Shown here: positions 25,036 to 35,232 of the stretch, in pieces
Layout: each line of letters begins with the position of its first letter
Numbering within the stretch: the first letter of the stretch is position 1
Virus record (IMG/VR): IMGVR_UViG_3300024249_000002
Span: 1-44,197 of that record
Direction: 5' to 3' (one strand)
DNA: 44,197 bases
Origin: a virus
Lineage: Duplodnaviria > Caudoviricetes
Notes under the pieces: generated by a model
The model's database searches: none
Told to the model about the DNA's origin: nothing
The model's input: only the letters and a program-made list of their open reading frames with translations
Translations under genes and position numbers: made by a program

Positions 25036-26034
25036 TCACCCATTGCGCGCGCCGGGATCCAAGTACCCTACGCGAACGCCAAACAATGCATTGTTGGGAC
25101 CGTCCATTAGTTGGATATCCACGAAGTATGCGTCCGTCGCGTTGTTCACCGTGTGAAGCGTTGGCAGAAACGACGTCCACGTGTGCACAACTTGTGTGGA
25201 GGAAAACGAGGCCTGATCCAGTGTTCCAAGATCTATCGGGTCTGTCGGATCCGCGGGATCCGCCGTCCACGCCGCTTGCGAGTTCATACGTAACGTGATC
25301 GTGTTTGCGGCTGCGACCGCATGCGCTCGCCACAGAGCGCCAAACAAGATCGCGGGCGCACCACGAGGTAACCCGAACACGGGGAACCGGATGGTTGCGG
25401 GTCCGCCGCCAGCTGTCAGTCCCCACGTATCGAACAAGTCGTCATAGTGTCCGGCCGCGCCGATCTGTCGTCCCGTGGACAAGGGGATGTTGATCCACCT
25501 TAGGGGTAAGGACGACCCGGTATACAACACGTCACTTGACGCGTTAGGGAATGTCAGGTTGCCCGTCAACGCGACATTGGCACCGGCCACGTTGCTCGTG
25601 ATCTCCACGGTCCCGTCGTCCGCGCGAATACCTCCGTTCGCTGTGATCGCGCCTGTCGCCTTGACCGTGGACTGCGCCACGAGTGCGGACGTAACCTCCA
25701 CGGTCCCGTCCGGCGCCGTGATCCCTCCGGCCACGGACAACGCGCCAGCGACACGAACGGACGTGCCGTTCAGCTCCAAGGATCCGTCCGTGGCGCTGAT
25801 CCCGTTGTTCGCGATCACGGCCGCGTTGAACGTGTTCGTTCCGGTGAACACGTTGTTACCAGCTAACAGCGCAACGTAACTTGTTATGCGTTGCTTTAGC
25901 CATTGCGAGCGGTTTGCGAACACTTGCGAAAACGCTTCCACGACTAGCGCGGAGTCGTCCATGGTGTCCGTCAGCTCCGGAACCGTGACTGTCTCGGACC
26001 CGAACACGGGCGTTTCAATCAGTACCTTTGGCAT
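25036..26034 (-). CDS. Tail fibre-like / baseplate-distal protein
   Basis: ANRSQWLK N-terminal motif, N.FTG.NTF and three GGI.A.DG..E beta repeats. Confidence 0.7.
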   Translation of the reverse strand: MPKVLIETPVFGSETVTVPELTDTMDDSALVVEAFSQVFANRSQWLKQRITSYVALLAGNNVFTGTNTFNAAVIANNGISATDGSLELNGTSVRVAGALSVAGGITAPDGTVEVTSALVAQSTVKATGAITANGGIRADDGTVEITSNVAGANVALTGNLTFPNASSDVLYTGSSLPLRWINIPLSTGRQIGAAGHYDDLFDTWGLTAGGGPATIRFPVFGLPRGAPAILFGALWRAHAVAAANTITLRMNSQAAWTADPADPTDPIDLGTLDQASFSSTQVVHTWTSFLPTLHTVNNATDAYFVDIQLMDGPNNALFGVRVGYLDPGARNG

Positions 26035-26040
26035 GTGTCG

Positions 26041-26709
26041 CTAGCCTCCCACCGGAATACGTCCGCCGTCCGCGCCGCTTCCCCATTGTTCCGAGTTCCC
26101 CCACAGCCGTCCGCGCGGGTAACCCCACAAGCGCGCGCCCGGTGGCATCAAAATGATCTCGCCTAAACAGTGCGCCGCGATCCATTCGCGCGGAATGATC
26201 TTCAAGTCCTCCGCGTCCGCCATGGTGACCTGATCGGTGAAGTACAACAGCACCCACCGCGCCCACTGCGCCACGTCCCTGGACACGCTGACGTTCGGCG
26301 TGATCGTCCCGTCCGGGTCCATGGCGAACAACGCGCCGGACCTGTACAAGAGCACGATCGGAAACGTGTTAGGCGAGTAGTGATAAAACAACTGTTGCAG
26401 CAACGCATACGGACCTCCGCGCGTCCGGTGATCAATCCACCACCGGATCAGGCGTGACGCGTATGGCGCGTCCGCTTCCGTGAGGCCACGCCGGATCCGG
26501 CGTTCCTTGCCGATCGGTCCTAACGACTCCGCCGAGTACAGGTTAGGGAACCGCAACTTCACGCCGGCCACGAGTGCGTCCCCGGCCGCGTCCAGCTGGA
26601 CCGCGATTGAATACAGGATGCGTTGCGCTAGGCCTGTCTGCAGCCACGGCGGAGACAGGCGCCACAACGTGTCCCGGTACGTTAGTATGACCTGATCGGG
26701 CGCTGTCAT
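26041..26709 (-). CDS. Baseplate wedge protein (P2 gpI / Mu gp48-like)
   Basis: Follows baseplate J; L..IG.ER.I.R...E....Y..RL motif. Confidence 0.7.
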   Translation of the reverse strand: MTAPDQVILTYRDTLWRLSPPWLQTGLAQRILYSIAVQLDAAGDALVAGVKLRFPNLYSAESLGPIGKERRIRRGLTEADAPYASRLIRWWIDHRTRGGPYALLQQLFYHYSPNTFPIVLLYRSGALFAMDPDGTITPNVSVSRDVAQWARWVLLYFTDQVTMADAEDLKIIPREWIAAHCLGEIILMPPGARLWGYPRGRLWGNSEQWGSGADGGRIPVGG

Positions 26710-27899
26710 GAATAGAACGCTTCCGGCGGCGGAACCTGGACGATCTGTGTGGCCGTGATCGCGCCCACCGTCGCAACCTGTTGTTTAGTCAGCGGCTGAT
26801 CCGTGGCCGGCGTTGTGATCTCCACGTGGAAGATCTCCCGGTACGTGGACGCGATCGCGCTGCGCAAGGCGTCAACGAATATGTGACCCGGTTGCGCTGG
26901 ATCGATCACGTTGCCGCCCACCGGTTGCGCACGGATGAACGCCACGATCGCGTCGTGGATCCTGGCCGTGATTTGCGCCACCGTTTGACCGGAGGTGTTA
27001 TACATCCAAACGGAATACGTCACAGCGAACGGAAGCTCCGTTGCGCCGAACACGCGCGCCGTGACAGCTTGCGGCGCCGCGTTTTGCAGGACGGCCAGTT
27101 GCGCCGCGCCTAGGTCCGTAGCCGGGTCCGTCATGTCACCGGTGACAGCGCCGGTGGCCGTGGCGCAGTAGCAGTCAACGTGTCCATACCCGTCAACCAC
27201 GAGCGAGATCCGCGCGATGCCTATGTTCGTTCCGTCCTGTCGGACAGCGTTGCGGAGCGCCACGCTATACGCGTCCCATGGTCCCATAGGTGACAGTGCG
27301 CCTAGGCGTTCCGTGCAACGCTGGCGGAGGGACGGATCTCCCTCCACGTCCGCGCCGAACAACGCCACCGGGTTGTCCACGGTGACGCCTAACAGGCCTG
27401 TGACTAACTGTGAGATCGCGTGCGCGTCCGCGTTGGACGCGGTCCCGGCCTCCGTAGCCACCACGCCCACCGTCGCGATCGGGTGGGCCGGGTCCAGCGT
27501 GAAGGCCTCCGTGTTGCGGTACGTGTGGCCGGTGGCCGCGTTGCGGACGATCGCGTCACCCGGATCCAGGTTGTAGATCGCGCCACCGGTGGAAGTGAAC
27601 ACGACGTCACCGGCCGCGAACTCCGCGTCCCGGCGCTCCACGCCGTAGACGTACCACGCCACGAGCGTCAACCATTCCGCGTCCGAAGTCTCGAGGAACC
27701 CGGACCGCGCGATGCTGGCCATCAGGGACGAGTACGCCGCGAACACGGCACTCACTCCCACGATCATAGTCCGGACCACGGATCCCGGTTTCCACGCGGA
27801 CGTGTTGACGCCCACAGCGGCCAGCACGTCATATATTGAGGCCTGGACCTCCGCGCGTGTGAGCGGCGTTGTGAGCTCCGCGATCGTTAGTCTAGCCAT
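26706..27899 (-). CDS. Baseplate J-like protein
   Basis: A.G.V.F, A.EAG...N, G.D.E.D..LR.R motifs. Confidence 0.88.
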   Translation of the reverse strand: MARLTIAELTTPLTRAEVQASIYDVLAAVGVNTSAWKPGSVVRTMIVGVSAVFAAYSSLMASIARSGFLETSDAEWLTLVAWYVYGVERRDAEFAAGDVVFTSTGGAIYNLDPGDAIVRNAATGHTYRNTEAFTLDPAHPIATVGVVATEAGTASNADAHAISQLVTGLLGVTVDNPVALFGADVEGDPSLRQRCTERLGALSPMGPWDAYSVALRNAVRQDGTNIGIARISLVVDGYGHVDCYCATATGAVTGDMTDPATDLGAAQLAVLQNAAPQAVTARVFGATELPFAVTYSVWMYNTSGQTVAQITARIHDAIVAFIRAQPVGGNVIDPAQPGHIFVDALRSAIASTYREIFHVEITTPATDQPLTKQQVATVGAITATQIVQVPPPEAFYS

Positions 27900-28377
27900 G
27901 TTTGTCGATACTTTCTCGCAACTGGATCCCGTCCGCCGTCACGAAAAACACGAGCGCAAAGGACTCGCGCGAGTCCTTCAACATGCCGCGCATATGAACG
28001 CGTAATGCGTTCGCTCGTGTGACGTATGTGATCGCTACCGTGGCGGACGCCACACGCTCGTCCTTCAACGCCTCGGATCGGACCTGTGCTTGCAATCGTG
28101 AGATCTGTTCTAACGTCACGCCGCGGTTGCAATACGAACGCAAGTCATATCCATATGCCAAGTCGTCAATCACGCCTCCGCGCGGCGTGATCAGGCGGCG
28201 GAGCACGGCCTCCGCAACGGCGTTAGGCGAGTCCGGCGCCACCTCGTCCAGCGCCGGCGTCAGGTCCACGATACATGACAAGTCCACGCCGTAACCCACC
28301 CGGTCCGGTGGGACGCGGTCCAGTGGAGGTCCTAACAGCGCCAGCTCCGCCGCAATGTGATCTGTTAGTTGTGTCAT
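27892..28377 (-). CDS. Baseplate wedge protein (gp25/gp46-like)
   Basis: A.LRRL.TPRG......YG.DL and E..KDERV. Confidence 0.8.
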   Translation of the reverse strand: MTQLTDHIAAELALLGPPLDRVPPDRVGYGVDLSCIVDLTPALDEVAPDSPNAVAEAVLRRLITPRGGVIDDLAYGYDLRSYCNRGVTLEQISRLQAQVRSEALKDERVASATVAITYVTRANALRVHMRGMLKDSRESFALVFFVTADGIQLRESIDKHG

Positions 28378-29603
28378 GCCGGGTCCCCGTCCAGCGGCGC
28401 CGGCGCTGTGATGGTAGGCGCGATGAACACAACGTTACTCCCGGACGTGACTGTCCCGTCCGCGGTGGCGTTGTTCCACGTGATCACTCCGGAGATGGGG
28501 TTGCCTTGGAACGTGCCGGTCAAGGTCCCCGGAGGCAACGTCACCTTGACCGTGTCCCCCTTGCGCGCGGCCGGGGACCCGGAGTCACCACCTAACGTCA
28601 GCGACACGGGCGCGTAACCGTCCGCGCCGTAATGCGCGTAACCCATGACGAGCGGCGCCGCGCGGTCCCCACCGGCAAACATCACGAGCGCCTCACCACC
28701 GGGCGCAATCGAGGCGCGCGCGCCCGGGATCCCTGGCCATGGCGAGATCGCGCGGAGGTCCGGCAAGTCCGGATCCAGCGCTTGCAAGTCCAAGCGATCG
28801 TCCACGCCTTGCGACACAACACGATACCTGTACACGCCGAACAAACGTTGTGACGTGATCGTTTCTGTGATCGCTGTGATCAGTCCGGCAAGGCGCCCGG
28901 AGGCCTGGCCGGTTCCGCCAAGCCACACATGGATCCGGAGCTTGTCCTCACCACCCGCAACGATCTCGAGTTCGCGGACCGTACCTGGCTCGTCCAGGCC
29001 TTCCGCCAGCGTGGCGCCTACGGTGATCAGACTTGGATCGTCCGCCGTCACCGTGGCTGTCCGTTCGGCCGGGTCGTATGCCAGGACCGTGTACGTGGCG
29101 GCGTCCGGCGCGCTGGCCGGCCGCGGTCCGACTTGCGTCACGCCGGCATAGTCAACCCACCATGCCGCGCCGCCCACGACGTCCACGAGCGCCCGGGACG
29201 CGGGTCCCGCCTGGCGCGCGTAGTCCGGTCCGATGCGTTCACGGGTGGGCGTGAAGATCCCAAGTGTCTCACCCACGACGCGCGCAGCGTCCTGTGCCAC
29301 GAGCAACGCCTTGACGCCGGCGTCATTGTGGTATCCGAGCGCCGGAACGTCGCGTCCCCACCCACCGGCGCCGCCTATGATCCGCGTGGTGCGTTGCAGC
29401 GCATACGTCCCGTCAAGCTCCGGTACCGGTGAACCTGTCAGGGACAGATCTCCGATACGGATCACGCACCGTTCCGGAAGCGTCGTGTTCACCGGCAAGT
29501 GAACCTCTGCCTGCCACGGTCCCACGTAACCCACCGTGACGCGCGCCCACGAACACGGGAGGCCGTTCACGCTGACATACAGATCCACGTCCTCCGTCGT
29601 CAT
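28374..29603 (-). CDS. Baseplate hub fused to spike OB-fold domain
   Basis: WWVDY.G...VG hub motif, then YRYRVV...PG..ALVMF.GGD...P and AARKGD spike-like motifs. Confidence 0.7.
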   Translation of the reverse strand: MTTEDVDLYVSVNGLPCSWARVTVGYVGPWQAEVHLPVNTTLPERCVIRIGDLSLTGSPVPELDGTYALQRTTRIIGGAGGWGRDVPALGYHNDAGVKALLVAQDAARVVGETLGIFTPTRERIGPDYARQAGPASRALVDVVGGAAWWVDYAGVTQVGPRPASAPDAATYTVLAYDPAERTATVTADDPSLITVGATLAEGLDEPGTVRELEIVAGGEDKLRIHVWLGGTGQASGRLAGLITAITETITSQRLFGVYRYRVVSQGVDDRLDLQALDPDLPDLRAISPWPGIPGARASIAPGGEALVMFAGGDRAAPLVMGYAHYGADGYAPVSLTLGGDSGSPAARKGDTVKVTLPPGTLTGTFQGNPISGVITWNNATADGTVTSGSNVVFIAPTITAPAPLDGDPA

Positions 29604-30130
29604 GGGTTCCCCTCGTCCAGCGCCAGGCGCTTGCGCTGTGCTTCCCCGTCCAAGTCCCCGATCTCCACTTCGCGAGGATCGGCCGGCGTGGCCTCCGCGC
29701 CGTCAGGCTTAGACGCGCCTAACGAATACCGCCTCCATTCAATGCATTTGACTTCTATCTGCCACACGCCGTCCTCTACTTGCTCCGGCGCGGTTACGTC
29801 CTCCACAACTAGTTGCGAGATCCCCACCTCGTTCAACACAGGATGGTTCACGTCCAGCGCTTTCGCGCGGCGTCCCACCGGAGGACGTAACAAGACAGGC
29901 TTGATTATTTCCCACTGATCCCAGTGCGTCAGCGTGAACAACCTAAAGCGTAACGTGAAGTGTGCGAGGCCTATCCCGCGATACAACAGGATCGCGCCCG
30001 TCATGGCGTAGCCCGCTTGTTCATCCCACTTGCGAGGTGAGGACGCGCCCACGACTTCACACAAGCCAGGCGTGGCGTAGCCAGCGAGCAAACACTCGTC
30101 CGTAGGATCTTCTATGGGATTCCACGTCAC
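29600..30130 (-). CDS. Tail tube initiator-like protein
   Basis: GTG start overlapping the tape-measure stop (MTWNPIED...); located between TMP and hub. Confidence 0.65.
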   Translation of the reverse strand: MTWNPIEDPTDECLLAGYATPGLCEVVGASSPRKWDEQAGYAMTGAILLYRGIGLAHFTLRFRLFTLTHWDQWEIIKPVLLRPPVGRRAKALDVNHPVLNEVGISQLVVEDVTAPEQVEDGVWQIEVKCIEWRRYSLGASKPDGAEATPADPREVEIGDLDGEAQRKRLALDEGNP

Positions 30131-32064
30131 GTAACAGGCGCTCCCATTTGTACGGCCAGGCCTTGAAGGATCGTTTCGAGTTCGCGCTTGATAGCCATGG
30201 CCACCGGCCGCGCGTCGTCCGCGCTGGCGCCTTTGCCTACTGTCACTTGTAGCGTGGTTATGTTGACTGTCGGACCGCCTCCGCCAAGCGCGCGCGCGGC
30301 GCCTCCGGGCGCGGTGGCCGGTGGCGTGATCATGTCCTCCACGCTCGATTGCGCGGCCGGTGTGCCGGCCTTTACGCCTACCGTGACGCCGGCCGGGATC
30401 TGCGCGCCTAGGTCCGCGAACACTTTGGACGGTGATTGTATGAATAGCGTCGTCTTGAATCCCGTCACGGCGGACGCGGCCAGTTCCTTCAAGGCTTGCC
30501 ACAACGCGTCACCCATGGACTTTACGCCGTCAATCAACCCGTCCACGAGGGACACGCCTAACGCTTTCCACTCCGTGGTTGCCCACGCCTGATACAAGGC
30601 CTCGAACACGCCATATATTAGGCCGGGGACGATCTTGATTAGTTGCGGTCCGAACTCCCAAAACGCTTTTTGGACCACAAGACTGACGCGGAACATTGTC
30701 TTGACCGCCCATACCGCGAAGTTGAACGCGAACTTCGCGAGGCCAACGGCCGCGTCCAGCCAGGCGCTGGCCACAAGTTTTCCTATGTTCGCGAAGATCT
30801 TCCCAAGGTCCCGGCCGCCTCCCTTGATCGCCAGGCGGAAGTCCAGCCATTTGTTTTCGAACTTCAACGCGAATATGATCAGTTCCTGGAACATGATCTT
30901 GGCGCCGCGGAGGACGGCCGTCGTGATCCCGATGAACGGTCCCGCAATGCCGCTTAGGACCCGTTTCATGACGGCGCCGCTGTTGGTTGACTGACTCACG
31001 AGGTCCGCCAGGCCTTTCTTCGCGAGCAAGTAAGGCTTGATATCAATCCCGGAAAACAGCGCCTGTTGTGACTCCGCCAGCTTCCGTTGCTGGACTTCTA
31101 AGCTAAGCATTTGCTTAGACACGACTCCGCCGATCTGTGACTTGACGCGGTCCGCCAGCCGCTGGACGTTGCCGCCTGTGAGCGCCAGTGACGCGGACCA
31201 TGCCAGCGTCCGGTCCGCTTGTTCCTTCCCGAAACCGGACGCGGCCATGGCTACCGCCTGCAACGCTGGCGCCATGTTCTTACCTCGAACACCGGCCTTC
31301 TCTAGTTGCATTGTGTAGCCTGCAACTTCCTCCCGGGAGATCGAAACGCTGGCGGACACCTTGTCAATCGTGGCCTGCAAGTCCTCTGCCTTGTCCTGGC
31401 CTAGGCGGAACGTCGTGGCGTACACGGTCCGGAGTTTCGTCACGGCCTCAAGTTGCAACAGTTCGTTGCGCCGCGCGTTCGCGGCCGCGATCGCGAACTC
31501 CGTCAGGTGGGACGCCGCCTTTAGCGCGGCCACGCCTAACGCGATCACGGCGCCACCTAACGCCAGCGTCACGAGGCGCGCGGACCCGGCCACGCTCACC
31601 CACCGGAGCGCCGTGGACAGGACGGAACCCATGGGACCCGGGACGCCGCTGGCGACCTTGGATAGCTCCGCCAGCTTGTCTTTGAAGGACGTGGCGCCGG
31701 CGCCGGCTTCCTCCGTCTTGGGTTTTTTGACGGCGTCCGCCAGCTCCCGCAACTTGTCTTTGAACGAACCGCTGGACTTTTTCGCGGCACCAAAACGCTG
31801 GCCTAGGTTTAGCGCCTGTTGCTGATTCTCCGCTAACCGTTGCTTCGTTTTGCCTAGGATAGATTCTAACTTCGTGATCTCCGCGATGTTTGGGTTAGCG
31901 GCGCCGCGCAAGTTCTTTAGCGCCTTTTGCAGTTCGGACAGCGCGCGCGTGTCCTTCGCGATCTGTCCCTGCAAACCTTCAAGCGCCTTGGCGGCGGACT
32001 CGACAGGTTCCGAAACGTCGTCAATCGCTTCAATCCGGAAGGTTGCGTAATCTTGCGTCGACAT
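30127..32064 (-). CDS. Tape measure protein
   Basis: 645 aa, helical Ala/Leu/Lys-rich, C-terminal I.SPSKVFA..G motif. Confidence 0.88.
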   Translation of the reverse strand: MSTQDYATFRIEAIDDVSEPVESAAKALEGLQGQIAKDTRALSELQKALKNLRGAANPNIAEITKLESILGKTKQRLAENQQQALNLGQRFGAAKKSSGSFKDKLRELADAVKKPKTEEAGAGATSFKDKLAELSKVASGVPGPMGSVLSTALRWVSVAGSARLVTLALGGAVIALGVAALKAASHLTEFAIAAANARRNELLQLEAVTKLRTVYATTFRLGQDKAEDLQATIDKVSASVSISREEVAGYTMQLEKAGVRGKNMAPALQAVAMAASGFGKEQADRTLAWSASLALTGGNVQRLADRVKSQIGGVVSKQMLSLEVQQRKLAESQQALFSGIDIKPYLLAKKGLADLVSQSTNSGAVMKRVLSGIAGPFIGITTAVLRGAKIMFQELIIFALKFENKWLDFRLAIKGGGRDLGKIFANIGKLVASAWLDAAVGLAKFAFNFAVWAVKTMFRVSLVVQKAFWEFGPQLIKIVPGLIYGVFEALYQAWATTEWKALGVSLVDGLIDGVKSMGDALWQALKELAASAVTGFKTTLFIQSPSKVFADLGAQIPAGVTVGVKAGTPAAQSSVEDMITPPATAPGGAARALGGGGPTVNITTLQVTVGKGASADDARPVAMAIKRELETILQGLAVQMGAPVT

Positions 32065-32068
32065 GCAT

Positions 32069-32266
32069 TCATCCGGGTTTAGTGAGCGCCTCTAAGATCC
32101 GGCGTATGACGCGCAAGTCGTGGAGCGCTTCCGCCACGTAGGCGGCGCCGGCATAACCTTGCGCCGCCTGGCCTATCAGCTCCGGATCTTCGTATCCGAT
32201 CAGTGCGAGCAAGCACCGCGCCGCAACCTCCGGATCTCCACGCGCGGCGCGGCGCAGAGTGTCTAT
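32069..32266 (-). CDS. Tail assembly chaperone -1 frameshift extension (gpT-like)
   Basis: -1 frame open from GGCAAAA-TAG to TGA 32069 with no ATG of its own; fills the gap before TMP. Confidence 0.6.
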   Translation of the reverse strand: MDTLRRAARGDPEVAARCLLALIGYEDPELIGQAAQGYAGAAYVAEALHDLRVIRRILEALTKPG

Positions 32267-32700
32267 TTTGCCTTTAGCTGGACGTTGCGGTGGCCGGCCA
32301 GTTCAACACATACGCTCGCTAGTTGCGTCAGGATCCCCGGAAGCTGGCGGAGCAACTTGTCCAGTTCCGGTTTACTCGGAAACAACAAACACGAGCGAAC
32401 TAGTTCCTCCGCGTGATCTGACGTGAGTTCGCCAGCGTCTTGGAACTTCCGGAACGCTGCAATGTGTGGGCGGCGGAGGATCACGGCGCCCACTTCCGTC
32501 CGGACCATGCGCACGGCGCGCGCGCCATATTGTTCCTCCGCGCGGTCCAGTTCCTCGTCCTCGACTAGCGCGCGTTCCTCCGTGGCTAGCGTTTCCTCCA
32601 CGGTGGGCGTTTGCCGTGCCAGGGACGCGTCCGCCAGCGCGGCGCGCCGCGCGCGGACCTCCGCGATCCTCGCCTCCAAGTCGTCCGCGGCGCTCGTCAT
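32263..32700 (-). CDS. Tail assembly chaperone (gpG-like)
   Basis: Between tube and TMP; VILRRP motif. Confidence 0.75.
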   Translation of the reverse strand: MTSAADDLEARIAEVRARRAALADASLARQTPTVEETLATEERALVEDEELDRAEEQYGARAVRMVRTEVGAVILRRPHIAAFRKFQDAGELTSDHAEELVRSCLLFPSKPELDKLLRQLPGILTQLASVCVELAGHRNVQLKAK

Positions 32701-33179
32701 ACGGGGACCTCGCCAGTGGAGTCATACAACGTGAACCCATTGCGTTTGATCGCCATGCAATCAATCTCTATGTCCTCCTTTAGCGGATCCGGGGATTCTT
32801 CCTCGGACACAGTGGAACCGATCCAAACGCATCCCGTGATCTGGACGTCCTGGTTAGGTTCCTCCGGTTCCGAATAGAACACACTGATCATAAACTCCAC
32901 GTTGCCGTAACTCCGTTGATCCGGAGCGAGCGCCGCCAGCGCCGCGCGCGCGTTCGCGATGCTCGTTTTCCAACCTGTCAGCTTGACGGACTCCGTGGAG
33001 TACTTGCCGGACGAACGGCCGCGCGGCGCGTGGTGACGGCCCATTCCATACGCCTTCACACGCTCGCGCTTGTCCGCGTATTGAATACCTGTGAATCCGA
33101 AAAACGGTTCGTTATTGATAATCAGTCTGATGGATCCCCATGACAGCTGGTTCTGATTTACGCGAATGTTGTCAGGCAT
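32697..33179 (-). CDS. Tail tube protein
   Basis: SW..I, I.Y.D, YG.G..P.GR..G.Y; follows the sheath. Confidence 0.82.
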   Translation of the reverse strand: MPDNIRVNQNQLSWGSIRLIINNEPFFGFTGIQYADKRERVKAYGMGRHHAPRGRSSGKYSTESVKLTGWKTSIANARAALAALAPDQRSYGNVEFMISVFYSEPEEPNQDVQITGCVWIGSTVSEEESPDPLKEDIEIDCMAIKRNGFTLYDSTGEVPV

Positions 33180-33193
33180 GACTAGTCACTCCC

Positions 33194-34648
33194 TTACGCC
33201 GCGGCCGGCGTGGCCAGCGCTGGGTTGTAGAATCCAACTTCAATCTCGATAAACTCCGGGTAGGCCAACGGGATCACGCGCGCGCGTCCTGTTAGAGTTT
33301 TGGTTGCCAACACGTTGTCCACGCGTGACAAAACGAACTGCACGCCGGAGGCTTTTGGCTTGGCGAGCAACGCCGCGCGGAGCGTCTCCGTGGCGCCGGC
33401 CTCTATCTCTACCGCATCCGCCTCCAAGATGAATCCGGTGGAAGTGTCCACGCGGACCGGCCGGTTCAAGCGCCGGATGAAATACATTCGGAGTGCGTCC
33501 TCCGCCAGGTTCATCACGCGCCGGTACGGAATGATCTGAAAGTCGCTAGTTGGACCCGACAGCAAACGCGGCCGCGTCACGTACACGCCAGGGTAACCGT
33601 CCCACGAACGCGCCGTGATCGCGCGATTGTCGTCCAGGCCTGGATTCAAAGACTCGTCATGCTCTAACGGGTTGCCGTTGCCGTCCGATATGAACGCGCC
33701 CGGGATTGGACCTAGGTTGACGTCCGCGACATTGACTTCCTCGGACACGTTGCCCTGCAGCGCCATGAACCCGAACAACAGAGGACGCCGGAACACCCGG
33801 CCGTCCAACACGGACACGAGGCGTGTGGCGCCGGCCGTGACGCCACCGTTGATTGACACGGCAGTACCGAACGACGCATTGAATGCAAGCTGGTAGGCTG
33901 ACTCGGACTCGCCAGCGTTCGGCATGCGGTAGCAACCGATCCACGAGCGGTACCGGCCATGGGCGCGGAGGCCGTTGATCGCTGTGTCTATGGTCCCCAC
34001 GAGCGATCCAATGATCGGTCCCGTCAGGACTAGTTGCTCCCATGCGATCGCGGACGAGGCGAGCGCCGTCAACGCCGCCTGTAGCGTCGTGGAGTCGTAC
34101 ACGGGTCCGGTCCCCTCCGCGGAGTAGACGTCACCCGCCACCATGGTCCCGGGTCCGACCGCGAACGTAACGCCCGTAACCGTCGTGATCTCCGTGAGTG
34201 TTCCGAGTGGAACCACCGGCGTCCAGGTATATCCCCCGTCACGTGATCCCTGGACCGTGATCCCGGCCGTGCCAACCGTTCCGCCGTTCACAACACGCAA
34301 CCTGTATTGATAGTCGTCCGCGGGTTCCCCGGTGGCGGCGGACACGGTGATCACACTCGTCCCGGTTCCGACCATGGTCACAGGTCCAACGCTTGGCGCC
34401 GTGCTCCCTACGGCCGCGCGAATGAACACCACCGGGCGGCCGGTGTTCACGATATAGAACGCGGCCGCCTCCACGTTAGGTCCGATCCCGAAGTTCGATT
34501 GTAAGTCCTGTGTACGCGCGAACGTGGCCGGCATGTTGTAGGGACCGGCACTGCAACACCCAAGGAACACTGTTAGGCGTCCAGCGGACGGCGGCAAAAC
34601 GCCAAGCGCTCCGTCCAGTTCCGTGATCGTGACTTGCGGTAGCGTCAT
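33194..34648 (-). CDS. Tail sheath protein (DUF2586-like)
   Basis: LP.V.ITELDG.LG start; LD.....T.R...G..G.Y, SDF..I...RVMN. Confidence 0.85.
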   Translation of the reverse strand: MTLPQVTITELDGALGVLPPSAGRLTVFLGCCSAGPYNMPATFARTQDLQSNFGIGPNVEAAAFYIVNTGRPVVFIRAAVGSTAPSVGPVTMVGTGTSVITVSAATGEPADDYQYRLRVVNGGTVGTAGITVQGSRDGGYTWTPVVPLGTLTEITTVTGVTFAVGPGTMVAGDVYSAEGTGPVYDSTTLQAALTALASSAIAWEQLVLTGPIIGSLVGTIDTAINGLRAHGRYRSWIGCYRMPNAGESESAYQLAFNASFGTAVSINGGVTAGATRLVSVLDGRVFRRPLLFGFMALQGNVSEEVNVADVNLGPIPGAFISDGNGNPLEHDESLNPGLDDNRAITARSWDGYPGVYVTRPRLLSGPTSDFQIIPYRRVMNLAEDALRMYFIRRLNRPVRVDTSTGFILEADAVEIEAGATETLRAALLAKPKASGVQFVLSRVDNVLATKTLTGRARVIPLAYPEFIEIEVGFYNPALATPAAA

Positions 34649-35232
34649 GGTGAATCGTCTCCGGTTACGTGTATGACCTCGTCAACGTCTAACTCCGTGA
34701 CTGTCAGATCCGCGGCCAGGCGTGGATCTCCGTCCGGTGGATATTCAACAACAGGCGGCGGGACCGCGTCCGGATACGGGACGTCCGGGATCACCGTTTG
34801 CAGCTCGCACACGACGCGCAACGCGGCGCCGTGGCGCCGTTCGAGCTTGTCCGTGATCCATTGCTCCGCACGGATTGCGGACACGCCGTGCGCCACCTGA
34901 TAAACAGCGCGGAACCATGCGTCATGCAGGTATCGGCAGATCTCGTATTGTTTGATCTCGTTCTCAGGATCGGCCGGGTCCTGGCCGTTGATTATGACGG
35001 TGAAGACTTCGTTCAACGTCGCGAGTGATCGCGGCGTTTGACCCGGGTTCCGTGGCGGCGCCAGCTGGCCTAGGACGCCAGTGGGATCACCCGGCACCCA
35101 TGCAATACGGTTGCCGTATGGGTGTTGCGCCGGGATGCGCCACCCAAACAAGTTGACGACGGGTGTTCCGTCCGCTGCCAGGCGCGCGCTGACTTCCTCG
35201 AACAACCACACTAACGCATGCTTGCTAGGCAT
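34645..35232 (-). CDS. Tail completion/terminator protein
   Basis: Position before sheath; 195 aa. Confidence 0.6.
   Translation of the reverse strand: MPSKHALVWLFEEVSARLAADGTPVVNLFGWRIPAQHPYGNRIAWVPGDPTGVLGQLAPPRNPGQTPRSLATLNEVFTVIINGQDPADPENEIKQYEICRYLHDAWFRAVYQVAHGVSAIRAEQWITDKLERRHGAALRVVCELQTVIPDVPYPDAVPPPVVEYPPDGDPRLAADLTVTELDVDEVIHVTGDDSP

Noticed and set aside
30131-30502. N-terminal extension of the 29600-30502 ORF
   Set aside because: Overlaps the tape measure gene; coupled GTG at 30130 is the better start
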